From IMG/VR virus record IMGVR_UViG_3300017934_000005, positions 1-64,000 of that record: DNA of 64,000 nucleotides; one strand, given 5' to 3'. Source of the DNA: a virus. A program made the translations under genes and the position numbers. Below, one piece after another: positions 16,243 to 25,524 of the stretch (the stretch's first letter is position 1; the number at the start of each line of letters is the position of its first letter). Under the pieces are notes generated by a model. That model saw only the letters and a program-made list of their open reading frames with translations, was not told the DNA's origin and searched no databases.

Positions 16243-17274
16243 ATGAGTAGCGGTGGACCATCTCCATCGGCCATGAATGTGGGCAACATTCTGACCGCAC
16301 AGGCGATCTTGTTCGATAAGGAACTGATCCCTAACCTAAAGGGAGAAACGGATGCCTTTGTTGCCGTAGCTGAGCGTCGAGTTCAGCCATTGCACATGGG
16401 TATTAACCGAACATTCTTCCAGTACAATACGCTAACTGCTGACACAACGCAGCGAGCGGACGGTGTAATCGGTGCCCCAGAAATGATCACCCAGTTGAGC
16501 AGCCCGGCTCAAATCGGTGAGTGGAACAATTATGCAAACTTCTCCAGTTTCGTAATTGCATCGGCAATCGATGAATTGGTCGGAAACTCGGCTGTTGAAC
16601 TTGGCTATCAGGCCGGTCAGTCGATTTCTGAGTTGTACAGCGCTGTAGCTGACAGCGCAAGCACAGTTGACGGTAACGTCAGCCAGAGTGCGTTACTATC
16701 TGCTCCTTACACTATCGACTTGGGAACAATTCGAACACTTAAGCAGCAGTTGGTGAGCCACAACGTTCTGCCTTGCAAGAAGGGCAAGTTCATGGGAGTC
16801 GCATCCCCGAACGTTATGGGAGACATTTTCAACGGCACACAGGTTAACAACTCAATTGTTGATTTGTGGAAGCTAGGCAATATCGATAAGTTTGACAAGA
16901 TGGCTGGTGCCGACCAGACCCAGGATATTGAACTTCCTGGCACAAACATCGTGTTCAGACAGACACCGTTTGTCACAACAACTGCCAACTACCAGAGTAC
17001 CGGTAAGGTTGGATATCGAACATACGTGTTCGGTAACTACGCTCTAATCGGCGTGTGGTTGGAAGTGCCAGGCGATACGGACATGCAGGAAGGCGATTGG
17101 CGCACTATAGACTGCAAAGTAGTCGATAACGCGCCGGCATCCAGCTTTGACCCAACCGCTACAATCGGGGGATGGGCCAGCTATCGGTTTCACCAGACCG
17201 TGACGTTGCCTCCAGCAACTGGTTTGAATACACAGAGAGAACGTTACATCGACAGCGTTCCTGCTGTGCAATAA
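16243..17274 (+). CDS. Major capsid protein (HK97 fold)
   Basis: 343 aa after scaffold; GAGG SD; strong hairpin downstream; N4-gp56-like sequence pattern. Confidence 0.82.
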   Translation: MSSGGPSPSAMNVGNILTAQAILFDKELIPNLKGETDAFVAVAERRVQPLHMGINRTFFQYNTLTADTTQRADGVIGAPEMITQLSSPAQIGEWNNYANFSSFVIASAIDELVGNSAVELGYQAGQSISELYSAVADSASTVDGNVSQSALLSAPYTIDLGTIRTLKQQLVSHNVLPCKKGKFMGVASPNVMGDIFNGTQVNNSIVDLWKLGNIDKFDKMAGADQTQDIELPGTNIVFRQTPFVTTTANYQSTGKVGYRTYVFGNYALIGVWLEVPGDTDMQEGDWRTIDCKVVDNAPASSFDPTATIGGWASYRFHQTVTLPPATGLNTQRERYIDSVPAVQ

Positions 17275-17290
17275 AGATTCGATGGACAAC

Positions 17291-17323
17291 TGTTTGGGGA
17301 GGGTGTCGATCCCTCCCCGAACA
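17291..17323 (+). terminator. Strong hairpin after the MCP (attenuator or mRNA stabiliser)
   Basis: TGTTTGGGGAGGG/CCCTCCCCGAACA; no + strand U-tract. Confidence 0.55.
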
Positions 17324-17344
17324 AAATATGACGGAGAATATATA

Positions 17345-18022
17345 ATGGAAACGGTAAAAATAGATACGCATAACCCAGTAACAGGTGGTGTTGAATCTAC
17401 TCATGAATATGAGAGATGGACAGTACCGGTTCAAGAAAATCCAATTCGTGGAAGTCACGATTTCAAAGTGACACGTAATACGATCCAGAAGCTTTTGGCA
17501 AACGGAACCCCTAATTGGGTAAAGTGGCCGGAAGACTATAAGGCGTTTGCCAAAGAAGAGATGGCAAGAGAGAAAGAAGTATCTGACATGATGGCCTCGT
17601 CATATAAAATGCCTGACCAGGAAATCCTGACAGATAAGAAAGCTCGACTCGTAAACATTATGCACGGTCGAGATTTTATTCAAAAACTTCGTGATAACGG
17701 CGTGAAGTGTTTCACATTTGACAATGGAATGCCTAGTACTGTCGGATTGTGGGCAGCGAAGCCGGGAACTGACGAAGTTGTGTATATATGCTTTATGCAG
17801 GTTCCGTACATGCCCGAGTGGTCTGTGCTCCGAGTGGACCGCCATGGGGTTCCGTGGGGAGAAGAGTATCGAGGATGGCGAACGGTTTTATGTCAGTTAA
17901 TCTTGAAAGAGATTTTGACTGAGGAACAAGCTCACAAAATCTTTGGCAAGCCAGCATTGAACAGAATATCTCGGGTTTATAGACGTACTTTATGGCAGTT
18001 CAGAAATCAAAACAAGAAGTAA
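17345..18022 (+). CDS. Hypothetical protein (head/tail module)
   Basis: GGAG SD before ATG17345; YRGWRTVL motif. Confidence 0.7.
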   Translation: METVKIDTHNPVTGGVESTHEYERWTVPVQENPIRGSHDFKVTRNTIQKLLANGTPNWVKWPEDYKAFAKEEMAREKEVSDMMASSYKMPDQEILTDKKARLVNIMHGRDFIQKLRDNGVKCFTFDNGMPSTVGLWAAKPGTDEVVYICFMQVPYMPEWSVLRVDRHGVPWGEEYRGWRTVLCQLILKEILTEEQAHKIFGKPALNRISRVYRRTLWQFRNQNKK

Positions 18023-18062
18023 CCGACCGGAAGAAGTAGGTGCCAGGTCGAGGAGAGAAGTT

Positions 18063-18749
18063 ATGGACGCAGCAGAAGTGAGAGCGCAGTTATCAGGTTT
18101 TGCTGGACCTGTAGAAGATCAGGTTGTAGAACCGATCACATCAGCAAAGCAAGTTCCAACAACAGACCCGAATCAGATGATGACTGGCCTGTTTAAATTG
18201 TTGGAGATTTTGACCCAGCGTGAAGCCCGTCTTGAACAGCAGGAACGTGCTGTTATCGAGGCTGCGGCAAAACGAGACGAGCAGATTCGTCGGTCCAATA
18301 AGGACTGGGATCGAAATAGACTTGCGACTCAAGCACGCTGTAATCACCGTAAGGGATACACGAAGACTTTCAAGTCGCCGGCTCCGCTTACCGTTGATTA
18401 CGCCGTGTACATGCACACCTTCATTAACTTGAAGCGTGAAATCAAGTGTCGTATCTGTAAGATGACATGGCGACCTGAGGATACCAAGGAATTCTTGCAT
18501 ATCCAAGGGATGAAGATTCCGAACCATACTGGTATCGGTTGGAACGATTCTGTAACCGGAAAAGTCTCGGCTGTTGCCATGACCGAGCAGTCAACCGATA
18601 AGCCTTCAGCGTCGGAAGCGCCGCTGGTAGGTCAGTTGCCAGAAGAAGTAACAACGTTGCTTCAAGGACGAGAGCCTGAGTGGATTGCGAAGTTGCTGCA
18701 GTCTCCAGAAGCTAAGTCGTTCTTGGAGAGAACGGCAGCAGGTAAGTAA
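18063..18749 (+). CDS. Hypothetical protein with Zn-binding motif
   Basis: GAGGAG SD; CNH...CRIC. Confidence 0.7.
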   Translation: MDAAEVRAQLSGFAGPVEDQVVEPITSAKQVPTTDPNQMMTGLFKLLEILTQREARLEQQERAVIEAAAKRDEQIRRSNKDWDRNRLATQARCNHRKGYTKTFKSPAPLTVDYAVYMHTFINLKREIKCRICKMTWRPEDTKEFLHIQGMKIPNHTGIGWNDSVTGKVSAVAMTEQSTDKPSASEAPLVGQLPEEVTTLLQGREPEWIAKLLQSPEAKSFLERTAAGK

Positions 18750-18761
18750 AGTTCACCCGGT

Positions 18762-18791
18762 GGGGGCAGCGGCTGAAATCTGCCCCCTTTT
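18762..18791 (+). terminator. Rho-independent terminator
   Basis: GGGGGCAG/CTGCCCCC plus TTTT. Confidence 0.75.
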
Positions 18792-18794
18792 AAG

Positions 18795-19958
18795 ATGCCA
18801 AATCTACCGTTCCCAAGTGCTCAACAGCCTCAATCAGTAGCTGTTCCTTCAAGTTTATCTACGATAAAACTTCAGGATATCGTAAACATCGCCTATTCTT
18901 TTGGCGACATTGCTCCGGCCCTGAACGTCCCTCAATCTAGCGCTCAACCAGCCCTTACAATTGCGAATGATGTCATGAACGCGATCTGCGCTACTCCTTT
19001 TCCTTGGAAGTGGAATGAGATTGAGTTGCCGTTTTTCTACACGAATTCCTGGCAGCAGGATTATGCTTTAGTGAATCCAGATAATTCCTCGGTCATGAAC
19101 GTGGCCTGGTTAGAACGCGGAATGTGCCTGGATGTGAATAACACATCGATTCCAAAGCCTTGGAGATTCGTTGAAGTTGGTCGGCAGTTGCCTAAGCAGA
19201 CTGGTACTTTCTTTGCCTCCACAACGGCTATCACATTGTTCCTAGCTAACTGGTTTCCAAATTACAAACTTTACTATGGCACCTGGGGTGTTGGTATCCA
19301 GGGTCCTTCGGCTACGCCATTGCCTCAGAGTCCAGCAAATTATGGGAACAATCCAGTAGCTGGTTCTGTTTACACGAATCCTATTGGTGTTGGCTCGATG
19401 CCGGCGAATCCGATAACTCAGATTCGTGATTCGAACAACAATCTTTTGGTTCTGACAACTTACGGTACAGAGGGTACAAATCCTCCCGTAGCTCCGGTCG
19501 GTTCTCTTCCTGGATTTCAGGTAACCAGTGCTGTTCGTCAGGATAACTCCACAACGGTGTGGACAGTGGTGGACCCGAATGGTGCTGGTATGCGTATCAT
19601 TCCTGCGCCGTCTCAGACAGGTGTGGTATGGCAGTTCCAGATTTGCGGTCAGATGAGACCTGTTCGATTCACATCGTTAAAACAAACCTTAGCTCCTCTT
19701 CCAGATGAAATGGAGCCTCATTTCCGTCAGGGTTTCATCACACAATGTTATCGATACTCGCCTGAGGCCAAGATTAGAGCCAAGTTCACTCAAGAGTGGC
19801 CTCTCTGGTTGAAGGCTTTGAATGATCTTCGAGCCAAGGATGCCCGAGAGCTAGAAGAAAATACCTTCACCCCTGATCGTGGTATTACTGGTTCGGTTCC
19901 AAGTCAGACGAACTTTTTCTACGGTCCGTTTTGGCCATTTCGCTATCCGACTCGTTAA
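18795..19958 (+). CDS. Head-tail adaptor-like protein 1
   Basis: Helical N-terminus, FPWKWN...QQDY, IPAP...; paralogous to 20734-21681. Confidence 0.6.
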   Translation: MPNLPFPSAQQPQSVAVPSSLSTIKLQDIVNIAYSFGDIAPALNVPQSSAQPALTIANDVMNAICATPFPWKWNEIELPFFYTNSWQQDYALVNPDNSSVMNVAWLERGMCLDVNNTSIPKPWRFVEVGRQLPKQTGTFFASTTAITLFLANWFPNYKLYYGTWGVGIQGPSATPLPQSPANYGNNPVAGSVYTNPIGVGSMPANPITQIRDSNNNLLVLTTYGTEGTNPPVAPVGSLPGFQVTSAVRQDNSTTVWTVVDPNGAGMRIIPAPSQTGVVWQFQICGQMRPVRFTSLKQTLAPLPDEMEPHFRQGFITQCYRYSPEAKIRAKFTQEWPLWLKALNDLRAKDARELEENTFTPDRGITGSVPSQTNFFYGPFWPFRYPTR

Positions 19959-19967
19959 AGGTGATCC

Positions 19968-20207
19968 ATGAAAGCAGGAGTAAGCGGTCCAGGAGGATTA
20001 GCAACAGGTTCGTCCGCGTCTGGGTGGTCTTCGGCTAGCGCTGGAACAACGGATCGCGGTAAATCTAATGTTTCTGCCCACTCATATCCTGGGCGACGAA
20101 TCAAGCGTTCTCCTGTCGTTAATGCTGTTTCTAATCATTCGATTCTGAAGTCAGCTAGAAATATTCAGTTAATGGATTCTGGTTTAGAGCATTTTATGGA
20201 GCCTTGA
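19968..20207 (+). CDS. Hypothetical protein
   Basis: AAGGT SD; overlaps the next ORF. Confidence 0.5.
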   Translation: MKAGVSGPGGLATGSSASGWSSASAGTTDRGKSNVSAHSYPGRRIKRSPVVNAVSNHSILKSARNIQLMDSGLEHFMEP

Positions 20208-20734
20208 TGTCAATCGTACCTGTGGTTACTATAAGTTCACAACCATTGGATCAGTCTGTTTCCGTGGGCAGTACGGCGACGTTCAGTGTTGTTTCGACGG
20301 TATCAAGCGATGGTGTTGTTTATTATCAGTGGGTGACGAACAACTCTCGCATCATCGGTTCTGTAACCCCTAATATTCCTGGTTTGAACGGTATTTCCTC
20401 GGGAGTTACATCTGGTCCAGCTAGTGCGTTTCAGGTTGGAGCCCAATATGAATCAGCGTACCCTCTTTCGTTCTTTTTGTTGCAAAGCGGGTATGCTCAA
20501 CCCGGAGCGCTGATTTCTGGTGCTACAAACTCCAGTTATACGACTCCGACTCTTGTAGCTGCTGATAACGGAAGTCGGTTTAGTTGTTATATTGTTCAGA
20601 TCAGAACGATAGCACAGTCTGTTGGTAATCTTCCGAATTTCCAGTTTGGTTCTCCGAACCCAGCCCCTTTCACTAAGCCTATGCAGTTGTTTAGTACTAC
20701 GATTTCTCGGGCTGCTATTTTGACGGTACACTAA
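20204..20734 (+). CDS. Ig-like domain virion protein
   Basis: ISSQPLDQSVSVGSTATFSV...YQW...GATNSSYT...DNGSRFSC I-set pattern with an insertion. Confidence 0.8.
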   Translation: MMSIVPVVTISSQPLDQSVSVGSTATFSVVSTVSSDGVVYYQWVTNNSRIIGSVTPNIPGLNGISSGVTSGPASAFQVGAQYESAYPLSFFLLQSGYAQPGALISGATNSSYTTPTLVAADNGSRFSCYIVQIRTIAQSVGNLPNFQFGSPNPAPFTKPMQLFSTTISRAAILTVH

Positions 20735-21681
20735 TGGCTATTAATACACTTCAGGATTCTGTAAACTGGGCTCAGCCCTTCATAGAGTATGCTCCTCTTA
20801 CTGCGGGTATCAATTTGGAGCCGGCTGTAAGCATAGCCTCGATAGTTCGAAATGTTTTCTTGGCCCCTCCTTTGACGTGGAGTTGGAATCGAAACGAGGA
20901 TAGCTCACAGTTTACTACGGCTGGAACTCAAGATTACATCTATACGAATCTTCCCGATTTTGGGTTTTTGGAAAAAGTTTCTTTGGTTGATTCTCGGGGA
21001 AACATTATTGAAATGAAGGATGTCTTCAATAATGCTGCTCTTGCTGTGGCTAGTCAGCAAGATACTCCTCATGCGGTTTCTGTGATTACAAACACCCCTG
21101 GTGTTAAGTTTAAGATTCGGTTCATGGGTGTTCCCGATGATAAGTATAACATTGTTTTGACTTATCAGAAAATTCCTACCCAGTTTCATGCTTTCTCGAT
21201 TTCGTCTGTGCAAGCAGCATCTGGTGGTCAGACAACTTATATTGGAAATTTCAATCCAGTAAACTTTCCTACAACTCCGGTTGTAGCTGAGGCTCTAGTG
21301 GCAAATCTCACCAATGCTGGGAACAACGGATTGTTTCCTGTGGTTTCTTGCACGCCTACTGCACTGGTTTTGAGTAATGCGGTAGGGGTGATTGAGACTG
21401 CTCCAGCATCGGCTGTGGCGATAAACGTAAACTGGGACCCTATCCCTGATGACTATTCGGATATTTACAACAACCTTTTCTTAGGTGAGTCTTTCACTGC
21501 TTTTGATGATGCTCGTTCTCAGGTTTATCGTCAGCGCGGTATTCTCATGCTTTTGGCTAAGCAAGAAGGTTTGACTGATATGCAGAAGAATATTTTTGCC
21601 CAACAATATCTAGCACAGGGCAAAGAAGATTTGGTATTCGTAATGAAAGGGCAGCAATCAGTGCAGGCACGAGCCGTTTAA
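20734..21681 (+). CDS. Head-tail adaptor-like protein 2
   Basis: LTWSWN...TQDY, PDDKY, PIPDDY. Confidence 0.6.
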   Translation: MAINTLQDSVNWAQPFIEYAPLTAGINLEPAVSIASIVRNVFLAPPLTWSWNRNEDSSQFTTAGTQDYIYTNLPDFGFLEKVSLVDSRGNIIEMKDVFNNAALAVASQQDTPHAVSVITNTPGVKFKIRFMGVPDDKYNIVLTYQKIPTQFHAFSISSVQAASGGQTTYIGNFNPVNFPTTPVVAEALVANLTNAGNNGLFPVVSCTPTALVLSNAVGVIETAPASAVAINVNWDPIPDDYSDIYNNLFLGESFTAFDDARSQVYRQRGILMLLAKQEGLTDMQKNIFAQQYLAQGKEDLVFVMKGQQSVQARAV

Positions 21682-21693
21682 AGGAGAACTACA

Positions 21694-24600
21694 ATTAATC
21701 TGCTTCAACAGCACAGTGCTCAGCCGCAGAAACAGCCTAAGTACGTACCGATCTTCATTGATCGTACTTTTACTGGCTTGTATACACAACGAGCCGTGCT
21801 GCACGATCCTTCCGATATTTATACGGCCAGATATTATGGCGGGCGTCCAGATGCTCTCTGGATGGGACAAAATATTGAATTAACCAACCGGTTGACACTT
21901 CAGCGTCGGCCCGGTCTTACTGCGTTCTCTACCTTCACATATCCTACGGTTCCTCTCCGGGAATTCTCTTTCCAACTTACAGACGGAACAATTCGAGTCA
22001 TTATTGATACCGGCTCTTCGGGAAATTTGTCTGTTGCTTCGGCGGCTAATGCGTCGGGTGGAAACACTGTTTATACCGGCACGTTTCCAAGCGGTGCGGG
22101 AAACGGACTTGTTGGTCTGATCTTTACTATTGTTGGCTTCGTGACAAATGTTGTCAATAACGGTTCTTACACATGTGTGGCTTCCACGGCTACAACTATC
22201 ACTCTAGCTAATCCGAATGGCGTATCTGAGACAATAGCGGCTACGGCCACGACTGCTGGAGGCGTTTATTGGGATCAACAGAATGGTTCGGCAGTTCTGT
22301 TGTTCGGAAAATCTGCAGGGGCCGGCCAAACTTATTTCACTGCTGTTTCTGGCGTTCTGTACATGGGTGATGGCGTCGATATCAGAAAGTATACGCCGCT
22401 TAACTCGAATGCCACTGTAACTGTGAAGACTCCTCCGCAGCCATCCACAACTACGAACACGATTTGGAATTGGAGTGGCGCGGCTCCAACTGTAGCTCCG
22501 GCTGTAACTTTAAAATCGGCTGGTTCCGCTGGCGGAAGCTGGCAAGCAAGTACTTGGTTTTCCACGATGGGCTTGATCGTGGATGCCAATGGAAATATTT
22601 GGCAATTACATGCGATCAAGAATCCATTGGTGACTGTTGGTACCGTTGGTCTCGTGGGTACGTCCAGCGCTGGAGGACCTAGTTGGAATCTGACTCCGGG
22701 TCTGACAACATCTGACAACACTGTGACGTGGAGATGCTTGAGCGCGATTAACGCTCGCGTACCCGGTTCTCAACTGGAGACCGAAACCCAGGCTTATACT
22801 TCGAATCCGGTTCCGTGTGCGTACTACGATCAGATTTCGGGAAACATCTACGTCTGCATCCACGCAACCTCTGGAGGAAATCTATTTAATGGTCCTATTC
22901 AAGGCTTGTCTCTAGCTCCGGGACAATCGTTCCCAGATGGAAATGATGTGATGATGTCCATAGGAAATTCAAACAATATTCCTAATGGTTACTGTCAAGG
23001 TCAATGGAAGCCAAGCCAAGTTATTCCGTCTCAGGCAAATCCACCTACTAGATTGATTATTCCTTTTCAGATTCCTCGCCCTGGGTCTCCGTTAACTCAG
23101 ACTTTGTATTTGTTCGAGCAAACTGTTAGCGGAACAACAAGTGCGAGCGGAGTTATTTTCTCCTCGAATCCTACTCCTGGCGTTACAACAGTGACTGAGC
23201 CGGCATCGGGTGATGCCACGGGCAGCCAGCTTCAATGGGTTAATGTTTACGCAGCGAACAACTCGACTGGCAAGTGGGTAGCCGGGGCATCGTATCCTGT
23301 GTGGCAGTCGCCAACCAGTGTGAATTTCGGTGTGATGGTTGATAATAACGGAAGTTTTTGGGTTGCGGTTCAGCAGCCGCCAAACGGAGCTTTAGTCGGA
23401 GTCTCAGGTTTAACCGATCCGGTTTCTGTTGCTGGATACTATTGGCTCCCTGGTCACGTCTATGCTGGTGGAACTATTGTTATTGACAGCAATAGTAATC
23501 GTCAGCAGGCTCAGGGTACTGGCGGTACGTCTCAGAATCCAGGTCCTCCATCTTGGAATAGAAACCAGGGTGGAACCACAACAGATAACGGTGTAACTTG
23601 GAGAAATCTTGGTTCTGCTTATGGAACCACAATTCCTGATGGTTTGGGTGCGACCGCATTCCAATGGGTTAACGTTGGACGTGATTCGACCTGGACAGCT
23701 AATCAGAAGTTTTATCTTCCTACACAAGGATTTTATACACCAACTAATGGCGCTCTTGGTAGCGTAAATATTAGTGACGGAACTAACTCCGAGTTCGTGG
23801 TCCAAACCGGTTTGTCGGGAAATTCGGCTCCTACATGGAACACAAATACTCAGGTAGGATCAAATGAAACTTACGATCCGTCGCCGGCTGCGGCAGGCGG
23901 AGTCGTATGGTACAACAACGGTCCTTTTTCTCAGGGCTTCATAACTCCGTTTACGAAGTCTCACACTTGGGCGTATTCTTATAAGAATCGAACTCTAGGT
24001 GATTTTTATTCTGCGGTAGTAGCGCCGGCCGTAACTCCTCCAACTCCTCCGGGCTTGGTGTCGCCGCTACCCCCTCCTACTGGAGCGCAGAATAATACGA
24101 TCACAACGGCTTCTCCAGCCACGACCATATCCGGTGCTCAGGCGAGCGCGGTTGCAACAATCTATGGGAATTATTCTAGTGATCCGCAATTCGACACGAT
24201 TGTGATTTGGAGAGACCCGGATGGTGTTGTTACTTCGGCTCAAAATCCTGTTGGAATGTTAGAACTTACTGAGATTCCAAATATACCAAGTCGAGCCGGT
24301 GTTGGAAAGTATAATGTTAACGGTATTTTATACGATTGGGCGTTTCAAGATTTCTTGCCTGATACACCGACAGCAACGTTCCCAGGTTTGAATCCACTTA
24401 TACCTGCGCCGATCAATCATCAGAATGATCCGCCTCCGACAAGTTTCAGACCGATGGTTTACAACTTCACGAGAATCTGGGGATCATATCTACTCCAGGT
24501 TAATTTTAGTGGTGGTCCAGACGTAATAACCGGAAATCCAAATGAGGCATTTTTGGTTCAGTCTGATGAGCTTCCATTTCTAGCTCCGGTACAGAGATTG

Positions 24601-25524
24601 GTTCAGACTCCGCAAGGCTTGGTTGCTTTAACAACTAATTCTGTGGAGTTAGTTGCTGGTGGTCCGCAAACACTTTCGTTCTATAGCGTCAAGTTGTCAG
24701 CAAATATGGGGCTGTTGAGTTTCAACGCTTTGGATGTCTTTGCTGGAGAAATTTTCTTCTTCAGCGCGGATAATCAGTTCTTTGTTTTGAGCCCATCCTT
24801 GAGTGTTTCGAACTTCGGGTTTCCTCTCGGTGATCAGTTCGCTAATCAGCCTTCGTCTGGTATCTCGGATACAACCTGGAATCCGGCTAATGTCTACGTT
24901 GCTGTTCACCAAAGTGGAGTAGATAATTGCATCTTTGTCTCTGATGGTTCCACGGGTTGGTACCGTTTAAATCCTCGTCAGATTCCTGGTGCGGCTCAAG
25001 GTCCTGAACCTATTTGGAGTCCATTTGCGAAGATTACGGGCGGAGCCCAGATGGTTCAGAGTATCGAGTTTGCTCCGGGCAAGAAAATTTTGCTCGTCGG
25101 TGCGGCAGGGCTAGGCACTCTTTCCAAGAGAACATTGGGTGTATATACAGATAACGGAACCCAATATGATGCATTTTTCGTGATGGGTTCCATAGTTTTG
25201 GCTCACCCAGGTCAACTTGGTTTGTTGAAGTTTTTGGAGTGTGATTTTAGCGGCCAAGGTTTCCGACCAACTGTTTCATACCTTCTGAATGAATTTTTTG
25301 GAACCTTTACGCCATTCAAGGCAGCACCAACTTTTGATCCTCCGTCAATTTATGGACAGAGATTTACTCCAGTTTCGTACAGTCCAAATCGCTATTATTT
25401 TGCAAGCAATGCGGTCCTTGCTCGATGCCGTCACCTTCAAATTCGAGTAGATTACGGTCAGACTCCGAACGGCGATGAAATTTATGACATGACGATCTAC
25501 GGTCGCATCGTGGTTGAGCTATAA
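21694..25524 (+). CDS. Tail nozzle/stabilisation protein with inserted repeat modules; probable ATT start
   Basis: N-terminal 'NIELTNRLTLQRRPG' typical of P22 gp10/T7 gp12-like nozzles; AGGAG SD 7 nt before in-frame ATT21694 (ORF track starts at TTG21778). Confidence 0.65.
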   Translation: MNLLQQHSAQPQKQPKYVPIFIDRTFTGLYTQRAVLHDPSDIYTARYYGGRPDALWMGQNIELTNRLTLQRRPGLTAFSTFTYPTVPLREFSFQLTDGTIRVIIDTGSSGNLSVASAANASGGNTVYTGTFPSGAGNGLVGLIFTIVGFVTNVVNNGSYTCVASTATTITLANPNGVSETIAATATTAGGVYWDQQNGSAVLLFGKSAGAGQTYFTAVSGVLYMGDGVDIRKYTPLNSNATVTVKTPPQPSTTTNTIWNWSGAAPTVAPAVTLKSAGSAGGSWQASTWFSTMGLIVDANGNIWQLHAIKNPLVTVGTVGLVGTSSAGGPSWNLTPGLTTSDNTVTWRCLSAINARVPGSQLETETQAYTSNPVPCAYYDQISGNIYVCIHATSGGNLFNGPIQGLSLAPGQSFPDGNDVMMSIGNSNNIPNGYCQGQWKPSQVIPSQANPPTRLIIPFQIPRPGSPLTQTLYLFEQTVSGTTSASGVIFSSNPTPGVTTVTEPASGDATGSQLQWVNVYAANNSTGKWVAGASYPVWQSPTSVNFGVMVDNNGSFWVAVQQPPNGALVGVSGLTDPVSVAGYYWLPGHVYAGGTIVIDSNSNRQQAQGTGGTSQNPGPPSWNRNQGGTTTDNGVTWRNLGSAYGTTIPDGLGATAFQWVNVGRDSTWTANQKFYLPTQGFYTPTNGALGSVNISDGTNSEFVVQTGLSGNSAPTWNTNTQVGSNETYDPSPAAAGGVVWYNNGPFSQGFITPFTKSHTWAYSYKNRTLGDFYSAVVAPAVTPPTPPGLVSPLPPPTGAQNNTITTASPATTISGAQASAVATIYGNYSSDPQFDTIVIWRDPDGVVTSAQNPVGMLELTEIPNIPSRAGVGKYNVNGILYDWAFQDFLPDTPTATFPGLNPLIPAPINHQNDPPPTSFRPMVYNFTRIWGSYLLQVNFSGGPDVITGNPNEAFLVQSDELPFLAPVQRLVQTPQGLVALTTNSVELVAGGPQTLSFYSVKLSANMGLLSFNALDVFAGEIFFFSADNQFFVLSPSLSVSNFGFPLGDQFANQPSSGISDTTWNPANVYVAVHQSGVDNCIFVSDGSTGWYRLNPRQIPGAAQGPEPIWSPFAKITGGAQMVQSIEFAPGKKILLVGAAGLGTLSKRTLGVYTDNGTQYDAFFVMGSIVLAHPGQLGLLKFLECDFSGQGFRPTVSYLLNEFFGTFTPFKAAPTFDPPSIYGQRFTPVSYSPNRYYFASNAVLARCRHLQIRVDYGQTPNGDEIYDMTIYGRIVVEL

